A stretch of DNA of 63,351 nt, filler included, from Pelomyxa schiedti (GCA_020536535.1; 9 parts of 9 records of this genome joined end to end with filler, not necessarily neighbours in it), one strand, 5' to 3'. Numbered from the whole stretch's first letter, positions 48,495 to 61,375 are shown. Numbers and translations are program-made. Notes: a model not told the origin generated them from the sequence alone.

Positions 48495-51250
48495 TCATCT
48501 TAGGTTCTGAGATGCTTTTGCGAAGGCTATTTCATATATAGTTTGGAGGTTTGCAAGGGTTGCCCTCAGGGCTTTCACACTGTGCCCTTGTGCATTCAGT
48601 ATTTGTTCTATGTTCTTGTTCAGGAGGAATACACCATATTCAAACCTGCCTGGGGCAACCCCATGTGAATACAGTGGAAACCTTTTTGTGTGCAAAATAA
48701 GAAAGGAGTTGATAATTAATTAAATCATAAATGCATACTTAGGGGATGATTGTTGTGAAATGGATTCATCACGGATTGTAGACCTCGATCCCATTGGGGA
48801 CATAGGATACCTCAGTGGAATCTTTGATTTCGTCAGAGGGAAAACTATTTTACAGCCGGAAATTTTACCTCTAGATAGCCGGATATCAAATGCACGGCAT
48901 GACACACATTTCCTAAACCTGATGCAATGATTTCTTCATCACAACCTTACAGAGAATTTTTTATAAGCTCCAGAGATGGTGTGCAGAGTTCCTACCTCCA
49001 TACTGTGAGTCAGGAAGTTTGATGCCAGCAATTGTCAGCTCCCCTGTTTTCTCAGAGGTGTTCTCTATAACATACACATTCTGCACTTCGCTAGCAAGTT
49101 GCCATTTTCTGAGCTCAATGAATGACTGGGTGTGGTGTAGTTCGGATCTGTATATCAATATGTGGGTAAGCACTTTATGAAAAATGTATTGAACAGACTG
49201 CAAAGCTTTTAAAAGCTGCTTTTTTTCTAGAAGGTTCTGAATTGAGCATGCCAACATGGCTCGGGCCTGTGTCACCTCTTCAGCCCTGGGGTTTAATTCT
49301 GCTCTTTTGGCTGCTAACTGCTCCTTCTCTGCACATAGTCAGCGAAAACGAGTACACTTTAAACATACGCATTTCAAGAAGGGACTGCTGTAATTTCACC
49401 CGATTTTGAAGCGTAGATATTTTTACACGTAATGCTTCAGTTCTTTGCAACTTAGTGTATTACTACAACTCGTTCTGAGTAAAGATACTTACCTTTTCTA
49501 TAACATGCTGGCGTTGTTCCATTTGTTCAGTCAATCTTTTTTCCAATCTAGAAACTTCTTCCGCCATTCTTTGTTCTCGTTGCTTGTAGTTCAACAGCCT
49601 GTTACCACAGTCACACAATAACACACTAATTCGATACTACATAATGAGCTCCTTGCTGTCATATGATGATACCTAAAATATGTGAGTGCCACCAACATCA
49701 GGTGGGGAAAAATACATACACTATTCTTTCTTTTCATTTCTGTATAAGCACTTGACTGGCCAGGGGCGAGAACATTCTCTTCAGGATTCTTCTCGATTGT
49801 AAGTTTGGGAAAGGAGAAAATCATGCATACCCACTGTAACCTAGTTATATACAATCCATCGTGGAGCTCAAAAAGCATGCAATCCTGTGGTAACACAATT
49901 TCTTGTAGCCTACCGACCTAGTAATGTAAGGTTGAATGGTAGTCCAATAGGAAACTTACATCAAGGGCAATGAAACAAAGTGAAGACATCGTGACTGCCT
50001 CTTGTGAAACCAAAAAGTCACGAGTGGTGGTATGAAGCCACAAGCAAACAATGAATTCTGTGGAACAACCATATATTAGTTTCTTTTAGAGAAAGACTTG
50101 AAAAGCACTTGATATCGTATGTGCAATATTGAGAGGAAGTTTAGTTGTATCAATTGCTCTCCATGTTGGATTCTACATAATTGTTACAAATAACTGCAAG
50201 AAAAGAATGAAACCAAGTTAAAGCGGCATGTTTCACTTGTATAAAACTGGAGTTTTGGGCTGCCATCTGCATCCATTTCTAAAAAAAATTACTATCTAGA
50301 TTCCCCAGCATGCAGAAGGCACACCGTGCAGAGTGAAATAGAGCCCCGAGTTCATTACAATAATGGATGGTGTGAAGGTATTCTGTGGTAGTGCTGGTAG
50401 TGCAGTGTTTTGGCCATTGCCCACTTTTGCATTTTGAGCATCAAGTGACCCAGTGATAGCAGACGAAGGCGCCGTAGCCGTCGCCGCCACTTCTGCCGCC
50501 GTATTAGTTGTGACAGGCAAGGCTGAATCATTGGAAACTGGAAGAGGAGGCGGCGATTGGCTGCTATCATCACCAGCCAGTGACACAGACTGCGGCAACG
50601 TCACAGTCTGTGAACTGGAATCGGGAGGTGAGCCGTTTGCCACGGCTTTTGAAACCCCCGAGTTGTCAGCCCCATTGCCACTACTAGTACTACTTAGAGT
50701 ACTCGTCGTTGCAGGTGTGGGTGCGGGTATCGATGAGGATGATGATGTCGACGATGACGACGATGATTGTGGTGTAGACGCGGACGAGGATGTTGACGTA
50801 GACGTAGAAGTACTAACACCAGTGGATGCCATCGAGGAGGCTGAAGCGGTGGCGGAAGTTTGGACTGGGGATGGCTGGAGTGACGGTTGTGGTTGTTGGT
50901 CATTCGTGGGTGACTGTGGTGGCGGCGGCGGCGGTGGGGGTAGAGTGAGTTGGGAGGGAGAGTGCGGCCTGGAGGAGGAGGGCGAAGAAGGCGTGGAGGG
51001 CGGGGACGTGCACGCGTGCTCTATTTTCTCCAAGTTGAGGTTTCTAAGTCCGAAGGACTTGAGGTGCCGTATTCGCCACTGGTTTTGTTTTGTTTTGGGT
51101 TGGGTTGGGTGTTGTTTGGGTTTGGGTTTGGTGGTTGACAACAACAGAGAAAAGGAAGGAAGGGGCGCTGCGCAAAACAACATCGAGAAAGGGGAAAAGA
51201 GGGAAACGAACTTGTTTTGGAGGCACGCTGAGGGGTCCCGTGTGGTACAT
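48495..51250 (-). CDS. UVRAG: UVRAG/Vps38-like autophagy PI3K-complex subunit
   Basis: QWRIRHLKSFGLRNL, YFTLH, NPTW, coiled coil, IAGIKLPDS, PLRYPM..MGSRSTIRD, RFEYGVFLLNKNIEQI, LRATLANL; long S/P-rich insert in the C2 region. Confidence 0.88.
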
Positions 51251-51397
51251 CACCACGAACTTGGTCGGTTTTTTCCCTCCAATCAAACACCCTCTAGCAG
51301 ACAGTCACTTTTTTTTTGGGTGCGTACAACCACCAGTGAGAAAGATTTTCCGGGATGCCCCCCCTCAGAACCCTGGCTGAGCCTTCGTCCCAAGTTA

Positions 51398-52053
51398 ATG
51401 GGAACAGCTGTTCCAGACAGATTCCCGTTTTCCTTTCTTCCGATGGCGCTACAGCTCCAGCACCGAGTGTGCGCGATGAGCGAGGCTATGTTCACGGCCC
51501 TGGGGTGGCTGCAGTCCGAGGCGCCCCCGTTTGAATCCAAGACCGACACCACGCCCGTAGCCGCGGCCGCCGCAGCCACAGCGGCCGCGATGGTGGCCGA
51601 CGCCTGGAGGGAGGTTCGTGCCTGAGTGGTTGAGTGTGTGTGTGAGAGTGCCGTATGCCTACGAGTGCCACTGTGTGTGTGTGTGCAGTGGGAGAGGGAG
51701 TAGAAAAGGGTGGGTGTGTGTGGTACTGAGGCGATAGTGTAGGTTGACAAACAGATTTCGATGCTACCTGGGGCGCAGCGCACGCAAGCGGAGCAACTGG
51801 CCACACTGCAGCAACTGGACGCCAAGAATGTGGCTGAGGGTGAGGCACTACGTAAGGCTATTACTGACGCAGGTTCGTTGGTTTTGTCGGGCCCAGACAA
51901 AATTTTGTGGTCCCCTACTTGCTTTCGTCTTATACATTGCTAGAAAAGTGGCAAATGAGAGTAAGGGCACTTTTGGTGACTATCACGGATGACAGCATAC
52001 AGTCCATTGTCGCAAAGAAGCCAAAGGAGGAACCGAAAGAGGAGTTCATGTAA
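51398..52053 (+). CDS. MED21: Mediator subunit 21 (Srb7)-like
   Basis: LQLQHRVCAMSEAMFTALGWLQ..VDKQISMLPG..Q..TLQQLDAKN..LRKAITDAEKWQMRVRALL; two introns; start may be 51398 or 51443. Confidence 0.7.
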
Positions 52054-52237
52054 TACTAGTAGTATCACGAAGCTAAACTTTCCAGCTAGTAGCTGTAAAA
52101 TAATCAACAAATGGGGTGGTGTTACACCCTTCTCTTTTATCTTTTTTTACCTCAACAAGCACACAGCATTAACAACAATTTCCGTGTTACGTGACCAGAA
52201 AGGTACCCTGAACAGCGGCAATGCAGTCAATGGAGCT

Positions 52238-53365
52238 TCATACCCTTCTCTTTTTAGGGGTCCTTTCTACCTCAAAGGTGACAATGTTGAGACCAGTGAA
52301 CACATCTGTTATAGTAGTTACAGGGCACCCACTTACTATCAGTCCAGTGTGGCTCACAGTGCACTTTTCTCCTACTACCTGCAAAGAAATTGGGTGGGCC
52401 CAGTCATTCACGTCATACACCTCCAGAGTTGCCCAATCAGAAAGCACAGCTATGTGGCCGTAGCCAATAGTGAACAGCTGTGTAGCAGAGATTTCCAAGT
52501 GAGTACCTGTTGAGGAGTTGCACACCACCCACATGCGGGCATTCTTCTTAGTCACAAGCACCAGTCTGCTATCAGCGGTCCACATGGTAGCAGTAACAGG
52601 GGTGCGAAACCCTGGTGGCCCAGGGAATTCCACGTTCATCACAATCTTGAGCTCTTTCGTGTTGTAGGATTCAGCCACGTCGACCACCTTGAGAGAGTAT
52701 GTGAAGCGACTTCCAGTGTCACCAATGAATGTAAGCAGGAAGGCACCAGGGTTATCCCGCGAGATTGAGGGGTGTGGAAGGGACGCAAAGGAATCGATTG
52801 CAGAGACATGCCAGTTCACAAGAGGAACCTCGACCACTGGAAGCTTCAAGCCAGTAGATACCGCAGAAGCAGAGGAATAGTTGCCTCCAGTCACGTAGTC
52901 AGGCACCTGCCATATCTTCAGTGACCTGAAGGGGTTTGATGCACCAACAACCCACTGGGAGCCGAACGTTGCAACAATCCCAGAGGAAGGGTTTTCCAAG
53001 CAGCATATTGTGCTGCCAGAGGCGATGTCCACAAAAGCATGCCCCACAAATACAGTCCTCTTGTTCAAAAACTCTGTGACTCTTCCAGGCCACACATTGG
53101 GGCCCTGGGTCAGCCCCAGGGTGGTGACTGACTTCTCAAACCACACGGTGTAATCTTGTCTGTTGGGGCCCCAGTACCATTCGATACAAGTTGAATCCAA
53201 GCAGTAGGTGCTCCCAATGAGGCGCAGAAGGCTGGGGTACAGAATGGAGGCGGGGCTGCGCGAGCCACTGCGTGGGTGTGTGCAGCAACAAAAGGCAAGT
53301 ACCTGGTTCAGGACTGTGGTGCAGTCGTGGACGATAACGCCCAAATCTGCGTGGTCGGCGTGCAT
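52238..53365 (-). CDS. HPRxG-family protein, intronless
   Basis: NQVLAFCCCTHPRSGSRSPASILYPSLLRLIG; SVTTLG; ITDVFTG. Confidence 0.75.
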   Translation of the reverse strand: MHADHADLGVIVHDCTTVLNQVLAFCCCTHPRSGSRSPASILYPSLLRLIGSTYCLDSTCIEWYWGPNRQDYTVWFEKSVTTLGLTQGPNVWPGRVTEFLNKRTVFVGHAFVDIASGSTICCLENPSSGIVATFGSQWVVGASNPFRSLKIWQVPDYVTGGNYSSASAVSTGLKLPVVEVPLVNWHVSAIDSFASLPHPSISRDNPGAFLLTFIGDTGSRFTYSLKVVDVAESYNTKELKIVMNVEFPGPPGFRTPVTATMWTADSRLVLVTKKNARMWVVCNSSTGTHLEISATQLFTIGYGHIAVLSDWATLEVYDVNDWAHPISLQVVGEKCTVSHTGLIVSGCPVTTITDVFTGLNIVTFEVERTPKKRRV

Positions 53366-53919
53366 GACACGGATGATGATAAAAACAATTCGGGAATTTT
53401 CGGGTGAAGTGCAGATGGGGTCCCCACAGTCATTGGGAATCACCCACCTCGCTGAGTGTAGGTGATTGTAGAAGGTGCCCAACGAGGTTTTTATAATTTT
53501 TCTTTGATTATCAATGGACATAGGGAGGGACTGCGACCTCTTGTCTACTAGTTTGTTAATAACTCTCCTTGAAGATAAGACCCACGTAGGTTGAGAAACT
53601 TTGGTTCATTGATGTCAATTGAGTGGGATCCCTTCTTGCCAGTACTCTTCGTCGAGCACGCTATGCTCCAAGGCGCAAAAATACTGTAAAAACCAACACT
53701 CCTTGTGTGCTTTCAGAAACAAAGGCCGAGCAGGTAATGTGCACTATACCCCTCGATGAAGATGAAAACATGCTTGAATAACTTCGGGCGTCAGAAAACT
53801 ATATCTCGAGTGCTGTGCTGTTCTGTTCCGTTCCTTACCTTGAGAGGCGACTCAGCCGGATTTCTCTTTCAAAATCTCATCCACGTGCTTCCAATCCTGG
53901 GCATATGAGACCACCAGTG

Positions 53920-54179
53920 AAGATTGAGCCGGGATGCAAGCAAGTTAGATTGAGCCGGGATACAAGCAACATGTAGGCACATTAATGTAGGCCTATTAAT
54001 GTACCTACCCTCCAATAGTGTGGGCAACACATACAACACGACGAATAGTCAAAAAATCGAATGTTCGTCCTCAAAGGGAAGATGGTCCCTAACTTGGATC
54101 ATTCAAGTTATGGGACTCACACTAGGGGGTTTTTGGTCCAAAAAACGAAAATCTGGTCCTGTGGTTTTGTCACAGGGTG
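53920..54179 (+). mobile_element. Terminal fragment of a CACTA-like element with subterminal tandem repeats
   Basis: agattgagccgggatrcaagcaa x2; attaatgtaggc repeats; gggaagatggtccctaacttggat similar to 2072-2096; ends cacagggtg. Confidence 0.4.
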
Positions 54180-54378
54180 TGAGGCATGTGGTTGTCAGAG
54201 CTTGTTGTAACATGGACAACTCAATATTATTGTCACAACCAGCAACAGTAATGACTTAAAACCAAGGTATTGAGTCAANNNNNNNNNNNNNNNNNNNNNN
54301 NNNNNNNNNNNNNNNNNNNNNNNNNNNNNNNNNNNNNNNNNNNNNNNNNNNNNNNNNNNNNNNNNNNNNNNNNNNNNN

Positions 54379-54740
54379 TTCTTTCTTCTTCCAATAGCAC
54401 TGCTTCAACAGTAGTAGCTTGTTTGTAATGCGCCACAACACCAGACCCGTCATCAACCTGAACATAACCCTGCTGTTCCACACGGTTGTCATCGCAATTT
54501 AGCCTTGTCCTTTTGTACCTAAGCATATGATGTTTCCTGCTGTTTTAGACAACCGTTATGCACACTATCAGAAAAACCAAAACGAAATCAGAAACATACA
54601 CGAGTTGTCCAATGGCAAAAAGAAACATTTTGTGATCGACGTGGCCCGAAAATGTAACTGCAAAAACCATCCAGTACTGCTCCATCGCCTCCCGCAGCGG
54701 CCAACTTGGCCGCAACCGCCACATTCCAGTAACTGATCAT
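54379..54740 (-). pseudogene. 5' fragment of a second acyltransferase copy, cut by a 100-N gap
   Basis: Near-identical to 36170-36535 (MISYWNVAVAAKL...; MLRYKRTRLNCDDNRVEQQ). May be an assembly truncation rather than a true pseudogene. Confidence 0.5.
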
Positions 54741-54787
54741 GAACCAACCATCGAGAACAAAATTAAAACATGCGTTCTCCTTCTTTG

Positions 54788-55467
54788 GGGGTCAAATAAC
54801 TCTAATTTCCTTTTTTTTGTCGACACCACCAAAAATCGTACTTTTGCTGTCGACAACGCAACAGATTGTACTTTTTACTGGAATCTGTTCCGAAGGATAA
54901 GGAAAAAAAAAGTTTAGAACCGGATCGACGGAAAGAAAAAGCGATTCCATGTAGTCAATTCGTATTTTTTATGGTGTGTTTTTGTGTTATACCTAGTTGT
55001 AGCACTGGGTGGTTAGATAATTTTGAAAATATGTTTTTTGTATACAACATGTGAGAGTTTTGTGTTGTATTGGGACTTTTTCTATGGTGCCATAAATTGT
55101 TGTGGCAATACTTGTGAAAGGTTATTTCAACAACCATGCTTAAAGCACAGTAGAAGGTGTGTTGTAACAACACCTTCTTCTCTTCTCTGCCAGACACAAG
55201 CACTTGCTTGTGTTTCTGTTGTTTTATGGGAAAAGTACAATCTGTCCAGTGGTGACCGGTAAAACTCAGATTTATCTGCTGAAATTGACCGGTTACCGCC
55301 AACTTTTGTATTTTCAACCTTCCTCAGACTCAGTTTTGAATGGGAACCAGGGGAAACCTTGACCACAACCACAAGCTACTGATTCCCCCCTGGTTGCCTG
55401 GAGTCTGAGGTTGGGACACCAAGAAAACGAATTTTGATACGATTTTCGGCACACTTAGTTTGACCCC
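54788..55467. mobile_element. Non-autonomous MULE-like element
   Basis: TIR ggggtcaaa...tttgacccc; 9-bp flanks ccttctttg / cattcttag (7/9); shared subterminal aaaatcgta; absent from copy 1 of the block. Confidence 0.55.
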
Positions 55468-55472
55468 CATTC

Positions 55473-56648
55473 TTAGGTTTTTTCGTCTGTGGGTCTATTC
55501 AGAGTACCTTGATCATTCACGGGAGGATACTGAACCCGAGTTTGGTGGAGTACTTCTCGGCGGCAAGTATGGCAAGTACTGAATGATCGTTAGTTAAAAC
55601 TGGATTTTTTCGCCAAATAAAACCTGTAGCCACTGTCAATCCACACTCGCAGACAGTCGAAGTGGTAAAGGTGTCCACACTGGGTCACAAGAATATCTGT
55701 TGTCACGTCCTCCTGGCAGATTGCGCAGGTCCGGTTGTAGAAGTAAATATTGGGTGCTCCTTGGTCAGAGAAAGCTTGTATAACCCTCTCTACATCCGAA
55801 GAGGCATTAAAGAGATACAAGAGGAACACCTTCAAATGTTCTAGGAACCCTGCCTTCAGCTCCACATTGCGGCCGGGTGGTAAAGTATCAAGGGCCGATA
55901 CGATTCTGTCGTGCATCACCTGCCTCCGCTTCCGCAGCACGAGCTCAATGCCGTCGTCACAATCGGTTGCAAATGACCCAACGACAATCCTGGTTCCAAA
56001 CCTCCTCAGAATGGTACGGTAATCCTGGTGATGTGCCATTGCTATGTACTCTTCGGCCGACGGAGACGGCTTTCCCTTTCCCTCATAGTGGGTGATAACT
56101 AGTATGCTGTTGGCCCATATCTCATTTCCAAAGAGGTTCGCAAACATATCCAGAAGCCCTTTCTCTTGGGGAGTGAGCACATCGTGCTTCATTACCACAA
56201 TGAAGCCCGTAAGCCCCAGCCGATGATTAAATAGTACCTCGTGCAATGAATCACTAATCTGGTACAGGGTGAACCGTGGGTCTGTGAACCCGATTGAATC
56301 TATGAGAGTGTGCCCGTCTCTGTAAAAGGCAGTTACTTTGTCCGTGGTACCGTTATTGGCTTCACCCCCGACTTCAGCAGGTTCGCGCATATTTTGCGGC
56401 AGCACGGACCCGTTGATGAGAGCGTTGATGACTGTGGACTTGCCAACTTGAGATTTTCCGATGACAAGGATCCTATGGTTACCTGGAAGCTCGTGGAAGT
56501 GTACTGGTGGTGTTGATGGAGGGGGTGGAATTTCGGCAGCCTGTGCCTGGGTGATCGGTTCGTTGTTGACAGGGGGAGCAACAGGAAGTGGTCCAGGCGC
56601 GGTTCTGCATTGTGTTTGTGTTTGTGGTTTGCTGTTGTCGCCGCCCAT
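55473..56648 (-). CDS. AIG1/GIMAP-like GTPase-RING-H2 fusion (copy 2)
   Basis: Same motifs and intron as 36759-37976; RING ends CHTCR. Confidence 0.85.
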
Positions 56649-56916
56649 TTGGTCACTTCGCTTTGTCGGCCCAGTGAATATCAATACAAAATTGTCTGAG
56701 TAACGGAAAACGGTAGCCCAAGTTGTTGCAGTCGGCTTACCGTAAGCCGCGGTGATTGTTCGGGCTGGCGGTCATCACTACAAGCATGGGGAGAGCGCTG
56801 GCAACAGAGAATCGAGACTGACAATTGAAATGGCACCTAATTTCTATTCACTTCGAAAATTTGAATCTAGGTGCCTTTTGATCCTATTTTCTTGGTTCTT
56901 TTAAATGGATAACTTT

Positions 56917-57364
56917 TCAGTGATGGTTGTTTCTTTTGGTGGCTGGGGTCTCAATGAGGCCAGGGAATCCTGTGTACATGTCAGACTCAAAGCCGCACTC
57001 ATTCGATCCTTTCAGGATTTTGAAGTAGCCATGGTCACCCCAATCAGAGCCCCAAGAATTCTGTAAATAGTTGGCTATGTAGCGGGTGCAAAAGTAACTG
57101 TAACAAACCTGAACAAGCCAGTAATCAGTACCGTTTTCAACTCCCCAGCCAATGACTTTGACAGAGTGGAGGCCTTCATATCTGCCAGTTAAGTGACGGT
57201 AAACACCAGAGGTGTAATTGTGGAAATCGGCATAAACATTGAAGGTAGCTGCAACCAAAACGTAAGTTAAGGTACCTAACTCATCAACAACAAACCATCT
57301 AGTGGTCCTTGCATGAGGGCATTCATGATTTCCGTAATGTGATTATCAGCATTAATAAAGTCAC

Positions 57365-57397
<33 letters not shown>

Positions 57398-58262
57398 ATG
57401 AAAATATGTGGTGGTAGGAAAAAAACAGCGTACCAACATGGGTGAAGTTCAAAGCACTATTTATAGAGGTGTGAATTAGAATACTTCACAGTGAGTAAAA
57501 TAGGGTAACTGATAAAGTGTCCAAGGGGAACCATCTTCACAGGAAGAGAAGTCTCGGCATGAAGGTACATCCCCATTTCCAGACACATAGGGAACACATC
57601 CCTTTGGAAATTGTCAGTTCTACAAACAATGCCGAGTAACAAACAATAGTTGTGATTCCCTCCCGCATTAAGAAATCCCAAGCGAATGAGGCAACTGAAC
57701 CACAAAAGCAGCCCAGATTTGCGAACTCACATGATAGCTGAGAGAAGTAAGTGCTGGTTGTGTGAGAAAAGATTGAACTTCACCAGATACTGTGGAGAGA
57801 GAACAACATCGACGTTCTCCCATATGCAGAATCTATCAGATAAAGCCTCGGAAGAAGCAAACGCCCAGCAGCTTCCACAATCAGCTGTTCATTCCACTTA
57901 TTCAGAGCCACAAGTAGCTATAAAACTTTCGAAAAAAAAACCTTGGTCCAGAATTCCATGGATACAACCAGGCCATTGTTCTCTTCCCTGAAAAAAAAAA
58001 ATTGGTAAATTCAGAAAAAACCCATCCAACACACGTCAAAATTGACAGGCAGTGAGTCATCAATTCTCTTAGGAAGGGACGAAGGCGCAGTCAGCCTCCT
58101 CATCAAATCTTCACCCTCCTCCCTTGGCTCCATTTGCCTCATCACCCACTGACCCATAACTTGTTCCTTCTGGTGCTCGATTCGGGGCCTGAAACGTGCC
58201 CACGCCACGTGGCTAAAAACCGACACCCACACGGCCAAAACCACAACCCCAACAACTTTCAT
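56917..58262 (-). CDS. Cathepsin B-like protease (copy 2)
   Basis: Near-identical to 38096-39446; catalytic C/H/N motifs intact. Confidence 0.92.
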
Positions 58263-58346
58263 TTTTCGTTTCAACTGTTGATTGCAATCAGATTTTAGGT
58301 TTGATGGTTCCTCGCTGCACATGTGCTTTTGGCATTGCAGTAAGCA

Positions 58347-59501
58347 TGAAAAATGTTGTGCCTTGGACTACCCACCGCCCTATCTTTAGTGTGTCGCTGT
58401 GGGCACTGTATCTGTCAATCCTTTGGCTTTGTACTCGAACATGTAATCTCTCAATCAGTCACCGTCGACCCGCCGTGGGCATCACATCATCATCTGCTTA
58501 TGCTGTTTGGTTGTGGGCGTGGCATCATCATCTTCATCGCTTTGGCTGTGGGGTCAGTGTGGCATCATTTGGGCGGGCATTGTATGGGCACTCGAAGAGA
58601 AGAGAAAGCTTTGGCAGAATAAACTCCGCCACACTCGCTCAGGCATATTGAACAATTTGCTTGTTTTATGACCAGTTTTTGCGCGCAAGCTTTGGCATCA
58701 TTAAGAGCACTCAATTGTTGGATGCTTGGTGTTGTGCTTTGTTGGGGTTTGACCAGTTTTCTCTTCCTCTTGTTGTGCTTGGAAAAAAACAAGAGTTCAC
58801 CTGCAGTAATCTTTCATGACATCATCAACCTCATCACACTGGGTCTGACTGTGACATCTACTGCATATGATATGTGACAGCCTAAGTTAACAATAGATTC
58901 TACGTGACCGATGCAGCTAGAATATGAGATAACCCCATCAGATACAGATATCTGCAATGCTCTATATCAAGGATTAGGAATGCTCTACCTTCGGATTAGA
59001 AAGGACTTCCACTCTGGTAATTCGAGCAATTACCTTTATGAATTTCAGCCGATTTTAGGAACATGTTACTTCAGATGAGATTTCTGCATCTCGACCGGCT
59101 TTTTTACTTGTATCAATCCAAATTTCCTACTTTGCTTTTCATTTACAGCTGGAGGTCTGATGATTTTGTGATGATGGCTCTGGATAAAATGAAGGATTTC
59201 CCTGCATTTTCGAATCTTGCTTGTATCGCCTTCACACTATTGTCAATAATACTCATCCTATAGGTTATTCACCTGCTTGGCTGTCAGCGGCATAAGTACT
59301 ACTTTATCACTTGCCGGTTTGGGCCCAAGGGCCCACACAACAGGTATCCATTTCACTTCTTTCACCATCTCACTTAACGCAGACACAAAGGTACCCACTA
59401 CACCCGGAATCCATGGTTGGTCTTTAAATGCTTGCAGTGATAACTTCATTGGAAGAATTAATGGAAAGATTCATCAAGGCTTGTCAGCACCCAGCCAGTA
59501 G
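58347..59501 (+). other. Possible multi-pass membrane protein gene or pseudogene
   Basis: Several short hydrophobic ORFs on the + strand; no clean spliced frame found. Confidence 0.25.
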
Positions 59502-59599
59502 CAACGAAAAAACTGGACTTTGTTGGCTCTTTCCTGAGCAAACGAAATCAGAAAAAGTCTTTAATGGAGAATCAAAATTATTTTAGGATGTCCTGCAGT

Positions 59600-60686
59600 T
59601 TACTGAAGGAGTTTTTGTCTGAGGAGGTCTAGTGATTGCTTCGGGAACCCTATGTTCGCAAGGTACCCATCAATGGAGCCGAACTGCCGGTCAATCTGGT
59701 TCAGGAATTTCTCCACCGATTCCGGGTTCGGCAATGCTGTGTGCTCGTGGAATTCCAGGCCCAGTGCATCAAGCTGCTCTGTCAATAGTTCTCTCATGGG
59801 TCCTTCTGCATTCTGCGAGAGGCAGTAGTCATGAATCACGGCATCCAGAGGGGCGCCGAGGGCTCTTAGAAGTACTGCACAGACAAATCCGGTACGGTCT
59901 TTGCCCAGTGAGCAACAGACTACAAGGGGTTTGGAAGCTGATGCGCAGGCAAGAATGACCTCGAATACATTGCGTACATTGTCTTGTCCTGTGGGGTGCT
60001 AATTTGAGGAACAGTGGATGGAAGGGGATGTGGGAACCTCGATTGATGATAAATGGGTAGTACCATCCAACTGGGGCAGACATGCATGTCTGGTATATAA
60101 TTTTAAAAACTCGGCTCCACATGCACAAAAGCCCAAAGAATATCAGTTTCACTGGGAATCATTAATTAATGGTAACACTGGAATTTTGAGAACCTGCTGT
60201 TAAAAAGTCAAGTAAACACACAGAGGCGAAGAGGAGGGCTCTATGTGGTAGCAGGTTGTGTATAGAGTGTGTGAATCTTCCCTCCAGAAGGGATTCAAAG
60301 TTGGGTTGTTCCTTTCAAACAAGACATGTCAGTTCTGTAAGAATAACTACGGAAAAGTTACATCAGGAGAGCGCAAGTCGACGATGGTTGTAACTCCAAG
60401 TTTAGCAAGGGAATCAATGTCACCTCTGGTGGATTTTGTCATACCTTAGGAGGAAGAAAACTACATCAATACTCAGAACTAAAACGTCTATAGAGGGAAA
60501 AACAACCCAACTGAAATACTAACCACATCGATACAGCAATCCAGTTTTCACCCTCCTCCCGTCGGATGTCACGCAACCGCCGAAATCACGGAAATTGAAT
60601 ACCCCCTGAAATCTCGGGGAAACTGACGACGCCGCGGCGACCTCTTCCTCCGAACCAATCGCCTGCGACGACGGCGACCCCGACAT
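59600..60686 (-). CDS. PtpB-family phosphatase (copy 2)
   Basis: Near-identical to 41182-42272; 2-nt deletion near 60190 whose exon/intron status is unclear. Confidence 0.8.
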
Positions 60687-60969
60687 TCTCTCTGGTGCGG
60701 TGATGAGTTGAATTAAATTACAGAAAACGAAAAGTATGGACCTGTGCCATCATTTCCTCCGGATTAGCTCTGGCTGAAATTTTTCTTATTCTTTCCAAAG
60801 TTCTGTGCCAAATCCATACGGCGGCGAACAATGTTGAACTTATTGTCTGGTGTGAGCCAAGACAACGGATACAATTACAAAACAGTTCTTTTGGCTTCTC
60901 AGAAGAATTCTTCTGAATTTGCTTGGTTACATAATACCGGTACTGCACATTGGTTGTGTGTTTATAGAA

Positions 60970-61275
60970 TCACCCCCACAGATGACACATACCCAATGAA
61001 AAATAAGAGTTGAGCCACAGGGCTGTGGCAATGTGATTTCTTGTGACCAGCTTCCTCACAATTAGTGCGAGGTCAGGGATGTCCTCTTTTGTGATACCCA
61101 TGCTCACCACCAACCACTTTATCACTGGTAGGTGGCCGTTGCCAATTGCATACAAGTGAAATGCGGCATTAGAAAGAACATCGGTTTTGGTGAGTCCCCG
61201 CTGTGATATGATGAGTTTTACAATGTCCAAGTGGCCTCCTGCGCAAGCTGCATTCAATATTGATATTACAGTCCT
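60970..61275 (-). CDS. Ankyrin-repeat protein copy 2, 3' part only
   Basis: Duplicate of 42537-42840 with a 3-nt in-frame insertion; cut by linker. Confidence 0.8.
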   Translation of the reverse strand, partial: RTVISILNAACAGGHLDIVKLIISQRGLTKTDVLSNAAFHLYAIGNGHLPVIKWLVVSMGITKEDIPDLALIVRKLVTRNHIATALWLNSYFSLGMCHLWG

Positions 61276-61375
61276 NNNNNNNNNNNNNNNNNNNNNNNNN
61301 NNNNNNNNNNNNNNNNNNNTTAATTAATTAANNNNNNNNNNNNNNNNNNNNNNNNNNNNNNNNNNNNNNNNNNNN

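Larger units (their letters stand above)
54379..61275. repeat. Copy 2 of the segmental duplication (or an alternative haplotype)
   Basis: Colinear with 36170-42840; bounded by a 100-N gap and a linker. Confidence 0.9.

Noticed and set aside
50453-51625. 390-aa + strand ORF
   Set aside because: Mostly the antisense shadow of the S/P-rich UVRAG exon; only its end is MED21 exon 1.
56732-56748. Perfect hairpin cggcttac-c-gtaagccg upstream of AIG1-RING copy 2
   Set aside because: Single short palindrome, absent in copy 1, with no Helitron CTRR end or other support.
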